Positions 32,349 through 41,122 of a DNA stretch of 64,000 nt are shown in pieces. Positions within the stretch are counted from its first letter, which is position 1. Every line of letters starts with the position of its first letter. This DNA is from an uncultured Candidatus Saccharibacteria bacterium. GTDB taxonomy: Bacteria > Patescibacteriota > Saccharimonadia > Saccharimonadales > JALRHH01. Below the pieces are notes generated by a model. The model had not been told where the DNA came from, ran no database searches, and worked only from the letters and a program-made list of their open reading frames with translations. A program made the translations under genes and the position numbers. The DNA lies in contig CAZXDT010000001.1 in assembly GCA_964639295.1 (NCBI GenBank), positions 52,784-116,783 on the forward strand. Direction: 5' to 3'.

Positions 32349-32509
32349 AACCTAGCTTGATATAAACCTTTGAGCAGAAAATTGAGCAATATTTGTGCGA
32401 AAAGTTTGAAAGGCGAGGAGGCATACCCTTTGGTACGTCGACGAGCCATGAAGACTTTGCAGCCAAATATTGCCGATTAGCTGTCAAAGAGTTTATGTTA
32501 AGGTAGGTT
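32349..32509 (+). other. ~160-nt imperfect rod hairpin (MITE-like or structured leader RNA)
   Basis: Nested inverted repeats, e.g. GCAATATTTG/CAAATATTGC and CCTAGCTTGATATAAAC/GTTTATGTTAAGGTAGG. Confidence 0.7.
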
Positions 32510-32513
32510 TAAT

Positions 32514-32978
32514 ATGGTTAAGAAAAAGACTCCCCAAGCTAAGGTTATTAGTAACCGCCGCGCTCGCCATGATTACGATCTTGGCGATGGGTTAATAGTG
32601 GGTCTTGAACTTAATGGTAGGGAAGTTAAATCACTGCGTATGGGGCACGGACAGCTCCGTGGTGCCTATATTACTGTCAAAGACAACGAGTTGTGGCTAC
32701 TGAATGCTACTATCAACGGCACGAACGGTATTCCACTCAGTGAGTCAGAACAAGTCCGTACTCGTAAGTTACTAGCGCGCCGTAAACAGATAGATGAACT
32801 TATTGCAGAGAAACAACAGGGGAAATCAATTATTCCTACCGAAATACTGACTCAAGGTCGTTACATTAAACTGCGACTAGCAGTTGGTAGAGGTAAGAAA
32901 CAATACGACAAAAGACAAACACTAAAGAAACGCTCAGAAACGCGCGATATTAACCGAGCAATCAAAGCTCACCAATAG
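32514..32978 (+). CDS. smpB: SsrA-binding protein
   Basis: NRRARHDY, G.EVKSLR, RTRKLL, GKKQYDKR. Confidence 0.96.
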   Translation: MVKKKTPQAKVISNRRARHDYDLGDGLIVGLELNGREVKSLRMGHGQLRGAYITVKDNELWLLNATINGTNGIPLSESEQVRTRKLLARRKQIDELIAEKQQGKSIIPTEILTQGRYIKLRLAVGRGKKQYDKRQTLKKRSETRDINRAIKAHQ

Positions 32979-33027
32979 ACCCTACCTCTGTTAATACATT
33001 GACATTATTCTTGTTTGTTGGTATTAT

Positions 33028-33579
33028 ATGGTTATGTTTAGAGGCGTTCGGAGGCTCTGTATCGTAATGGTGCTTGGTGTGGCACTAGCTTTAGCGTACC
33101 CCAGCCACTTACTCAGCGCTGCAATTCCCGCACAAGAAGCCGAAACCCTCACAACTTTCCCGGTCCAGGCTGGCCTTCCGGACCCAAATTCTATTTTTGA
33201 TACGGTAAACCAAGTTCGTGCTACCCAAGGGCTCCCAAAACTTAAAAAAGACGCCGTCCTGACCCGTATTGCTCAGGAGCGCGCCGCAGACATGCACAAA
33301 CACTCATATTACGCCCACAAGAACCCCGACGGGCTCTTTTACTACGATCTTATGTATCAACAGCATGTTGGATTTAATTACAGCTGTGAAAACCTAGACC
33401 TACAATTTGTTACATCCTCAGCCAATTACGTTAATGACTGGATGTATAGCAACAAAGGACACCGTGAATGCATGCTGAACACCGTAACCGACCGTGCCGG
33501 CTATGCTATCACAACGCTTGATACCGGGAACGAATCCGTCGCGTATGTAGTCGTCGCAATCCACGCATCCTTAAACTGA
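33028..33579 (+). CDS. CAP (SCP) domain secreted protein
   Basis: N..R...GL, AH, ENL, W..S.GHR. Confidence 0.88.
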   Translation: MVMFRGVRRLCIVMVLGVALALAYPSHLLSAAIPAQEAETLTTFPVQAGLPDPNSIFDTVNQVRATQGLPKLKKDAVLTRIAQERAADMHKHSYYAHKNPDGLFYYDLMYQQHVGFNYSCENLDLQFVTSSANYVNDWMYSNKGHRECMLNTVTDRAGYAITTLDTGNESVAYVVVAIHASLN

Positions 33580-33649
33580 CCTTAATTTCAGGCTAGACAT
33601 TGTCCTGCCGGGCTGCCAAACTAAACATAAGCATTACTGAGGGCATTAC

Positions 33650-34975
33650 ATGAGTTTTAGCCAGTTTATATTGGACTCACACGAGCAGTACCGCCAGGAG
33701 GTACGCCTGCGTAATGGTTGGCTCATAAGATTACGGTGGTTGTACCTACTGTTGCTCGGGGGTGTGGCAGTTGCCACTTCATATACCTCTTCTATGGAGA
33801 CACAGCCGTATCGTCGGTTTGTGATAACACTAATTTTGAGTGGGCTGTCGCTTAACTTTGTACTGTGGCTTATCCTGAAGTTTAGGCAACTGTCCACGTT
33901 AGCTTCACACCAAATTGCAGTTATTCAAATCTTATTGGACGCCGGGCTAGCGGCATCAGTCGTCTACTTCCAGGGTGGTATTGATAGTCGCGCGACACTT
34001 TTGTTCGCGTTACCTATTTTGAATGCTGGGGTGCTGTTTGTGCCAATCTTTGCCTATACAGCCGCTGCACTTAATGCCTTGGTGTACACAGGTGCAATGG
34101 TGTTATACCAGCATCATAACCCAGCTAGCTATCCCTTGAAGGACGTTATTTTACCGGCTGTTTTCTATTCGGCTGTGTTTTTACTTCTTGCGATTATTGT
34201 CTCTGGGTACACCGAGCGTAATCGCGCAAAGGAGCGAGAGAGTTCATACGCAGAACTACTGTCGCTGTTGCGCCACCAACTTCACCACCCAACAGGGGTT
34301 ATTGCTGCAATCGTGGAGATGTTAGAGCAAGGGGCGAGCTTCAGTAAACTCACAGCCAAAGAAAAAGAGTATATCAAACAACTCAAGTACGAAAACCATC
34401 GTATACACACCATGATTGCTAACTTACTCAAAACAGCAGATATTGACGAGAAGATATCCCACGGCAGAGAACATTGGACTGATGTACATCTCATGAACGT
34501 TATTACTGACTGTTCCAGCGCGGTCGCCGTAGCATATAAGCGCATAGGCGATTTAGACCTACAAGTACCAAATGAAGACATAACTATGCGTGGCGATCCA
34601 GAGCAGCTACAGCTCGCATTTGAGAACATTGTGGAGAATGCCTTTAAATACAGCGACAAGGGCCACAAAGTTACTATTAGGTTACTTGCTAAGCGCGTAC
34701 CGACTATCGAAATAGATATTGAAGATCACGGTGAAGGTATTAGTGACAAGCAACAAAGAAACCTACTGACTGCGTTTAATAAGCTTGAGACATCCAGTAA
34801 AGACAGCTATGAGGCGATCAATACATATGCCATGGGCCTGGGCCTGTATATCAGTAAAATGATTATTGAGCAGCACGGTGGGCAATTCAGCTTACAATCA
34901 AAGGTAGGTCAGGGAACTAAGGTAATTATTAAGGTCAAACGTGACATGTGGAGGTACTATTATGGACAAAAGTAA
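33650..34975 (+). CDS. Membrane sensor histidine kinase
   Basis: Multi-TM input, HQLHHP H-box, NAFKYS, DHGEG, GLGL. Confidence 0.9.
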   Translation: MSFSQFILDSHEQYRQEVRLRNGWLIRLRWLYLLLLGGVAVATSYTSSMETQPYRRFVITLILSGLSLNFVLWLILKFRQLSTLASHQIAVIQILLDAGLAASVVYFQGGIDSRATLLFALPILNAGVLFVPIFAYTAAALNALVYTGAMVLYQHHNPASYPLKDVILPAVFYSAVFLLLAIIVSGYTERNRAKERESSYAELLSLLRHQLHHPTGVIAAIVEMLEQGASFSKLTAKEKEYIKQLKYENHRIHTMIANLLKTADIDEKISHGREHWTDVHLMNVITDCSSAVAVAYKRIGDLDLQVPNEDITMRGDPEQLQLAFENIVENAFKYSDKGHKVTIRLLAKRVPTIEIDIEDHGEGISDKQQRNLLTAFNKLETSSKDSYEAINTYAMGLGLYISKMIIEQHGGQFSLQSKVGQGTKVIIKVKRDMWRYYYGQK

Positions 34976-35363
34976 GGCACGCATTCTATATATTGAGGAT
35001 TACCCGGTGGTACAGACGATGTACGTCGATGCACTACGGAGTCATGGGTTTACAATTGATGTAGCAAGCGACGGCAAAACTGCTCTTGAACTGGTACAGG
35101 CCAACGCCTACGACGTCATTCTCCTGGATCTACTGCTCCCTCGGGTCACCGGGCTAGAGTTCTTACGGGAATTTAGAGCAAAAGACTATAATGGTGAGGT
35201 GGTCATTCTGTCTGATTTTGATGACCCCAACACCATTCAAGAGACAGTTAAGCTCAAAGTAGAGCACTACTGGATCAAGGTAGAGAATACGCCACACCTG
35301 TTAGCACAGCGGTTAGATGAGCTAATAAATGGTATTGCTGACACGGACAAAACACAAGCATAG
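34962..35363 (+). CDS. Single-domain response regulator
   Basis: IED, LLDLLLP, conserved K; no output domain. Confidence 0.88.
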   Translation: MDKSKARILYIEDYPVVQTMYVDALRSHGFTIDVASDGKTALELVQANAYDVILLDLLLPRVTGLEFLREFRAKDYNGEVVILSDFDDPNTIQETVKLKVEHYWIKVENTPHLLAQRLDELINGIADTDKTQA

Positions 35364-35535
35364 TCATATCTCTTTACAGATACGTTATAAACCTATAAAA
35401 TAACCCCCGTTAGTTTGACCCTAAAAGTACATGTTACACACGTGTTACACTGGCTGGGAAGAGCAGCCCGACAAAAAGTCACGCCTTTTTGCCGGCGCGA
35501 TGAGAAACCCGAGAAATGGGTGTCTCATGCATTAA

Positions 35536-35610
35536 TCCGGGGTAGCGCAGTGGTAGCGCAGTTGACTGTTAATCAATTGGTCGCGGGTTCGAATCCCGCC
35601 CCCGGAGCCA
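35536..35610 (+). tRNA. tRNA-Asn(GTT)
   Basis: TCCGGGG/CCCCGGA, anticodon loop CTGTTAA, GGTTCGAATCC, CCA. Confidence 0.97.
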
Positions 35611-35627
35611 AGGTACTTACGCTTTAC

Positions 35628-35652
35628 AAAATACCACTTATGTGGTATTTTT
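35628..35652 (+). terminator. Intrinsic terminator after tRNA-Asn
   Basis: AAAATACCAC-TTAT-GTGGTATTTT. Confidence 0.8.
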
Positions 35653-35658
35653 AGTTTC

Positions 35659-35973
35659 ATGAGTTTTTCAAACGAACATATTGGTGGTGGAGCTGATGGT
35701 GGTGTATTTAATATGTATATAGAACTGCCTTCTTGGATGAACCATGAAGATGTTGGTACCGCACTTGTAGAGATTGATGCATCAGTACAGGGCATAAAAG
35801 AGCCTCCAGTAGCAAAGGTGCACTCTGACTATCCTAGACCCGCTCAGATAGATATTGAAGACTATCGCCGTTTTTATGTTGAGTTCGAGGATTACGCAAC
35901 AGAGGAAGACATCAAAGCAGCAGTTCAGATTGTGTCTGGAGCAATCAAAAAGCTTCGATATGCTGACGCATAG
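35659..35973 (+). CDS. Hypothetical protein (cassette)
   Basis: TAG stop is the first 3 nt of repeat E. Confidence 0.65.
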   Translation: MSFSNEHIGGGADGGVFNMYIELPSWMNHEDVGTALVEIDASVQGIKEPPVAKVHSDYPRPAQIDIEDYRRFYVEFEDYATEEDIKAAVQIVSGAIKKLRYADA

Positions 35974-36042
35974 TTCGGAAGTCGTTTATTAGTGGGAGCC
36001 ATAAGCATTTTGACCTCTGTTGAAGCAGAGGTTTTTGTTTTG
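35971..36042 (+). repeat. Cassette-delimiting repeat E
   Basis: TAGTTCGGAAGTCGTTTATTAGTGGGAGCCATAAGCATTTTGACCTCTGTTGAAGCAGAGGTTTTTG. Confidence 0.92.
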
Positions 36043-36118
36043 ACTCTCAAAGGGGGAACTTGGTATTTATCGATACATAGCTTATATTACAAAGCATAAA
36101 CGTCAACAAGGCTCTTAA

Positions 36119-37633
36119 ATGCTAAAAATAAAGTTACTAAAGTCAGATCAAAAGGGCTTTTCGCACCACTTCATACTACCGCTAATCGTAATTACAGTCA
36201 TCGCAGGTATTGGTACGTATATAATTACGAAATCGAAGGCGGCAACAAGTGGGCCAGTTATTGCACAAAGAAGTCAAATTAGAGCTTTTTCAAGTGGTAA
36301 ATGCCTGGAGAATGATAATGGCACGAAAGCACTCGGAAATCTTATTGTCATCCGACCGTGCGATGCTAAGAAACCTGTATCCCAACTGTGGACTATTATG
36401 GGTGACAGGTCACTTCGTAATGCCAACGGCTATTGCCTTGATACCCAAGCAGGCATAATGACCCCAGGTACAAAGATTGTCATGCGCAATTGTACGGGCA
36501 ATGTAGACCAACAATGGGTAATTTTTACTGCTGATCAAACTATTCGTAACCCCCTAACTGGTCTGTGTCTCGCAAACGAAGCTGGCTCGTCACAAGTTAT
36601 CATAGATAGATGTGCTGAGAGTAAAACCCAACAACACTGGAACGCTGCTATTTACACAGGACAAAAACTACCTTCAGTGCCTACAGTGCCTAAAAAAATC
36701 GCTCCTACTGCTGGAGCAACGAGCAGATTCACGGTCGGAACATTCAACGTGCTGGGTTATCACTACACAATACCTGGTTCAAAATCATCCTTACAGAACT
36801 ATCCTGGTTTTCGTGATGGTATTACACGAATCGATTGGGCTGTGAAAATGTTCGAAGAGAACAAGCTAGACGTTGTGGGTTTACAAGAATTTGAGCCAGA
36901 ACAATATGGCCGTGTTAAAGCAATATACGCAGGGGATACAACTGGAAACTGGTTAATCTACCCAACCCCTATGCGGCAAGATACCAACAATGTTTCAACA
37001 GGTGCTATTATGTGGCGGAAAAATAAATTCACTATGATCGCTTCAGGGCACCGGTTAATTAGCAGAGCTAACTTTACGGACAAAGATGGGAATGAAGTTA
37101 CAAAAGATGCAGAAGCTCCTTGGGTAAAGCTCAAAGAAAACAGTACTGGCAAAGTATTTTATGTAACAAATATCCATGATGCCGTAACCACGCCTACTGT
37201 AAATAATGCTCAAACCCGAGTTGCAAACGAGACTGAAAATCTAGCCGATATAAAGAAAAAGTTAGCTGACGCACCCGTCATTGCGACCGGTGACTTTAAC
37301 TCTGGTTTTAGCTGGGACGCTACTCGTGATGCAGGGATACCGAAAACAAGCATAACCTACTGTATCCTAACCCAAGGTGGCTTTATGACCAATGCATATG
37401 ATATTTCACGTTATATCAAGGCGGGCGTTCAAGGAGAATATTTCAGTACGACTAATCGTACGACTATCCCGGCCTGTCCATCTTCTAGTAACCCAGATCG
37501 ATCGGACGTGGACCATATATATGTTAGCAACAAGGTAAATGTTCTGAACTGGATTGTTGTACCAGGAGAGACAGATCCCGCACTTAGGGTTTCAGATCAT
37601 AAACTCCATTACTCTAGCGTCAGCATTCAATAG
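36119..37633 (+). CDS. Secreted ricin-B lectin + EEP (endo/exonuclease/phosphatase) protein with prepilin-like leader (cassette)
   Basis: QKG|FSHH leader; QxW repeats; TFNV, LQE, GDFN, DHI, SDH. Confidence 0.85.
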   Translation: MLKIKLLKSDQKGFSHHFILPLIVITVIAGIGTYIITKSKAATSGPVIAQRSQIRAFSSGKCLENDNGTKALGNLIVIRPCDAKKPVSQLWTIMGDRSLRNANGYCLDTQAGIMTPGTKIVMRNCTGNVDQQWVIFTADQTIRNPLTGLCLANEAGSSQVIIDRCAESKTQQHWNAAIYTGQKLPSVPTVPKKIAPTAGATSRFTVGTFNVLGYHYTIPGSKSSLQNYPGFRDGITRIDWAVKMFEENKLDVVGLQEFEPEQYGRVKAIYAGDTTGNWLIYPTPMRQDTNNVSTGAIMWRKNKFTMIASGHRLISRANFTDKDGNEVTKDAEAPWVKLKENSTGKVFYVTNIHDAVTTPTVNNAQTRVANETENLADIKKKLADAPVIATGDFNSGFSWDATRDAGIPKTSITYCILTQGGFMTNAYDISRYIKAGVQGEYFSTTNRTTIPACPSSSNPDRSDVDHIYVSNKVNVLNWIVVPGETDPALRVSDHKLHYSSVSIQ

Positions 37634-37667
37634 TATAGATATTGCTGCTCCGTATATTTTGGCATCA

Positions 37668-37739
37668 AGTTCGGAAGTCGTTTATTAGTGGGAGCCATAA
37701 GCATTTTGACCTCTGTTTCGGCAGAGGTTTTTTGTCTTG
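37668..37739 (+). repeat. Cassette-delimiting repeat F
   Basis: Identical to repeat E through the hairpin except the loop (TTCG); T-tail differs slightly. Confidence 0.92.
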
Positions 37740-38576
37740 CTAAAATTCTATATTGTCAATTAGGTGTCGCATTATCTCGTCTGGGTTAGTGACTATAGCA
37801 GTAGAAGTTGCGTTGCATAACCCTCGAACACAGATTTCAAGCTCATCGCCAGGTCTAGCGCTTGGTATTACCTCAGATACAGATCTTGTCTGGACGCCTC
37901 GCACATATTGGTCAATTGGTGTCCAGCCCAGGTTACTATAAGACCGTGTTTGGTCAGGAATGTAGTCCACTAATTGTGGCGCTAGACCGACGATGGCACC
38001 AAACATCACTAATGGTTCATACAATGACTCACCAGATTCATTATCTTCAAGATAGCTAAAGCCCACGATATGTCGAGCCAATGATACTCGACCTATTGGC
38101 TTGTTAGTCCAATCGATGATAGCTCCGAGATCAAGTTTCATTGCCAACAAGCTTGCTATTGGGGCCGCTAGAACATCCGTGCTCTCAGGAATCATAGTTC
38201 TGCTCGGCGTTGCACTTTCAGATACGAATGGATTAAGGGGGTCAATTTTTCCTTCGAGACAGAACATTGCTTTGTCCATCACAAAAAATGATGCATGTTG
38301 TGATGGAATACGCATAGTTGGGGTGCTTGCTACATTTGCATGTGTTGTATTTCCCTCTGAGGTGCGTCTACCTGTAAGTATATGAATCTTGTCTTCGAAT
38401 GAAGTTACAACAGTAGCAGAAAGCACTGGCTGCCATAGATTATCCAAAGCAAATGGATCAGCAAATATTTCGTTAGCATCTGCTGGTGAATCAAAGCCTG
38501 GCAAGTAGGGTGAGAGCTCTCGTATTTCAGCCTCGGTGTACTGTCGGCGAGCATGAATTAAAGGGTTAATTTCCAT
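37740..38576 (-). CDS. Hypothetical protein (inverted within array)
   Basis: 278-aa ORF abutting repeat F. Confidence 0.65.
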   Translation of the reverse strand: MEINPLIHARRQYTEAEIRELSPYLPGFDSPADANEIFADPFALDNLWQPVLSATVVTSFEDKIHILTGRRTSEGNTTHANVASTPTMRIPSQHASFFVMDKAMFCLEGKIDPLNPFVSESATPSRTMIPESTDVLAAPIASLLAMKLDLGAIIDWTNKPIGRVSLARHIVGFSYLEDNESGESLYEPLVMFGAIVGLAPQLVDYIPDQTRSYSNLGWTPIDQYVRGVQTRSVSEVIPSARPGDELEICVRGLCNATSTAIVTNPDEIMRHLIDNIEF

Positions 38577-38631
38577 GATTCAAAACTTTTGCATATAATA
38601 ACATATTTATTGTATGAAGTAAATTACCTTC

Positions 38632-38667
38632 ACCTCTGTTTCGGCATGGGTCTTTTATTTTGTTTGA
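38632..38667 (+). repeat. Partial repeat G (hairpin half only)
   Basis: ACCTCTGTTTCGGCA followed by a T-rich tail. Confidence 0.6.
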
Positions 38668-38679
38668 TATGATGTCCCT

Positions 38680-39243
38680 ATGAGAAATGCAATTATCCTT
38701 CATGGACAGCCAAGCAAAGAAGAATACTACGACCCTACAATGCCGAGCATGAGCAATGCACACTGGATACCTTGGCTACAAGGACAGTTACTTAAAAATG
38801 ATATTGAAGCCGTAACACCTGAAGTACCGTACGCCTTTGAGCCCAAGTGGGACCTATGGTTAAAAGAAGTTGAACGGTTTGATATAACTCCAGAAACTCT
38901 AATTGTTGGGCATAGTAGGGGTGGTGATTTCTGGCTAAGATACCTGAGCGAACGCCCAGAACTTAAAGTCGGTAAAGTTGTTCTTGTTGCACCATCACTT
39001 GGATTCTTAACACTCAACGACAATTATTTTGGTCAGTTTGAGATTGATCCTAATCTCGCAGAGCGTACGAATGGCATCACCTTATTTCATTCCGATAATG
39101 ATGGGCAAAACATGATTGAAACTGCAGAAAAACTAATCAGAACTATTAGCGGGCTCAAGCACCAGCAATTCCATTTAGGTCACTTTACATCTGGAAGCAT
39201 GGGTACTACAGAATTTCCGGAGCTTCTTGATGAAGTACTGTAG
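38680..39243 (+). CDS. RBBP9/YdeN family alpha/beta hydrolase (cassette)
   Basis: ILHG, W.PWL, GHSRGG, SDND, GHF; TAG overlaps repeat H. Confidence 0.88.
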   Translation: MRNAIILHGQPSKEEYYDPTMPSMSNAHWIPWLQGQLLKNDIEAVTPEVPYAFEPKWDLWLKEVERFDITPETLIVGHSRGGDFWLRYLSERPELKVGKVVLVAPSLGFLTLNDNYFGQFEIDPNLAERTNGITLFHSDNDGQNMIETAEKLIRTISGLKHQQFHLGHFTSGSMGTTEFPELLDEVL

Positions 39244-39308
39244 TTCGAACCTCGTCCACTAGGGGGAGCCATAAGCATTTTGACCTCTGTTTCGGCAAGG
39301 GTTTTGTT
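39241..39308 (+). repeat. Cassette-delimiting repeat H
   Basis: TAGTTCGAACCTCGTCCACTAGGGGGAGCCATAAGCATTTTGACCTCTG. Confidence 0.9.
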
Positions 39309-39480
39309 CTAAGTGCTCATGGTTATCACTGGTAATTATGATTTAATATAGGCATTATTGTGAGACACCTCCAATAGTATTTTGACAGAGTGGTAATCGG
39401 TTGCGCTCACAAATCTATTACGTAATGTGGGCTTGTGTGCGTAACCGAATGTTTTGGTTATTAGCTATCGGGAGATTGTT

Positions 39481-39723
39481 ATGTCCAGAGAAGTCATCTT
39501 AGCGATTGCGATCGTTGCGATTGCTATTGGAGTGATCATCTTTTTCGTTGGCGTCGTTTGTGCCGTTGGCCCTGACGATGGCGTCAATGTGCAACTTGGC
39601 ACATTCCTTGGCGTAGTTGGATTTGCCCTTGTCATGTTCGGCATCGTCGGCATAATCAAAGCACCCAACAACGAGCCTGGAGATGGTCAAGAAAGTGTTG
39701 CATTTTGCAATACTCGATGCTGA
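39481..39723 (+). CDS. Small two-TM protein (cassette)
   Basis: GGGAG RBS; two very hydrophobic helices. Confidence 0.6.
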   Translation: MSREVILAIAIVAIAIGVIIFFVGVVCAVGPDDGVNVQLGTFLGVVGFALVMFGIVGIIKAPNNEPGDGQESVAFCNTRC

Positions 39724-39866
39724 CTGCATGATGCGTTTTATATGAGGGGGATTCGGACATCGATGATCTGTATCAGAGCAGCCGCTCACCCCTCCGCACC
39801 TACCAATCTTTACACTCTGTCACTCAACCCAAGTTTTCATAAACTGAAGATTTAGTTTGAGCCTTT

Positions 39867-39890
39867 GTTCGGAAGTCGTTTATTAAGGGC
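39867..39890 (+). repeat. Truncated terminal repeat I (left half only)
   Basis: GTTCGGAAGTCGTTTATTAAGGGC. Confidence 0.8.
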
Positions 39891-39939
39891 ATGATAGACA
39901 CCTTGCAAAAATATGGCACCCTTCATCTATGAACAGCGA

Positions 39940-40338
39940 TTATTTTCGACGTTTTGATTCGTTGATGTTTACTGCTTCAGTAACGAGAGCCCTCAGTGCA
40001 ACCCCATTAACAACATCACCTTCATGAAATTCGATTGCACGATCGGTACTACTCTTGAGACGAGCGTTGAAGAGGTTGTTCTCATCCTTCATGAGGACGC
40101 CTTTAAAGAAGACTAGTTTTATATCGTTTTTGAATGTTTCTGCTATACAAAGTATTCCGTCATGTGACCAAACGGGGAGTCCCTCTGGCCGAGTGGGCAT
40201 CTTCCATTTTACCTCTTCGATCACTTCAGGATCGGCCTGTTTAATCTGCGCCCGTAAGCTAGACAGTATCTCAGCCTTCCAGCCACCGTAAAGCTTGATT
40301 ATGTCATCTATTTGCTGTGAGGCGGGTTTATCTTCCAT
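39940..40338 (-). CDS. DUF1801 (YdhG-like) protein
   Basis: E.VKW, PVW...G, F.KG..M.D...LFN. Confidence 0.85.
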   Translation of the reverse strand: MEDKPASQQIDDIIKLYGGWKAEILSSLRAQIKQADPEVIEEVKWKMPTRPEGLPVWSHDGILCIAETFKNDIKLVFFKGVLMKDENNLFNARLKSSTDRAIEFHEGDVVNGVALRALVTEAVNINESKRRK

Positions 40339-40474
40339 ACTATTATCATACAGCAAGATGGATGAAGCATCTTTGCAGAGTATTTTGTATTGTGGGTTAT
40401 CGTAAGCCATAGAACCTAAGGTGTTGGCAGGGTGAGATGATACTTAGTTTGAGCCGCTTTGCTATACTAGAGAC

Positions 40475-40684
40475 ATGCAAAAGATAGCCACTCGAATATT
40501 CATTTACGCCTCAATTGCTTTTGGGATCGTAGGGATTCTAATCGTCTTAACCGCCTCTGGCCCAGACGAGCCAGATTCCCGACTTAGTGAAATACTCATA
40601 AGACTTCTATTTGGAACCGTATTCATCATACTGCCTTCTTTTGCGTTAAGCATTGCTGGCAAATATCTGAACGGCAAGTCTTAG
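40475..40684 (+). CDS. Small two-TM membrane protein
   Basis: Hydrophobic; TGCTATACT upstream. Confidence 0.65.
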   Translation: MQKIATRIFIYASIAFGIVGILIVLTASGPDEPDSRLSEILIRLLFGTVFIILPSFALSIAGKYLNGKS

Positions 40685-40725
40685 TATTATTTTGAGATCC
40701 TCAGGGAATTAGAAAGGTGGTGCTT

Positions 40726-41115
40726 ATGATAAAAAACCAAGAAGGATTTACCATAATTGAGATAACTATTGCCCTTGTTGTTGTGGCTGTACTTGGTGTG
40801 GGTGCTGTAATGCTACTCAAACATTCAAATCCCACGCCTACAAATAGCAGTACTCTGACTATTGAGGGGAAGGTTATATCAATAGTCGACCAAGGTGGTG
40901 ACACATGTTTAACATACGTCTTAAATACAAACGATTACATAGCAGTCCGATGCCCAGACATGTCAGGTTATAAGGGATTTACGGGGACTTATGATAAGGA
41001 TATTAAGGTTGGTGACACAGTAACAGCAAATGGTACATTGAAAACCCCATCAACTAGCAATCATAAAACCTACCACCTTGATAAACCTGGTACATACCTA
41101 CAATTAAAAAGATAG
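40726..41115 (+). CDS. Prepilin-type N-terminal cleavage/methylation domain protein
   Basis: KNQEG|FTIIE class III signal. Confidence 0.75.
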   Translation: MIKNQEGFTIIEITIALVVVAVLGVGAVMLLKHSNPTPTNSSTLTIEGKVISIVDQGGDTCLTYVLNTNDYIAVRCPDMSGYKGFTGTYDKDIKVGDTVTANGTLKTPSTSNHKTYHLDKPGTYLQLKR

Positions 41116-41122
41116 ATTCTAC

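Noticed and set aside
32349-32509. tmRNA next to smpB
   Set aside because: No tRNA-like ends or tag reading frame, and too short.
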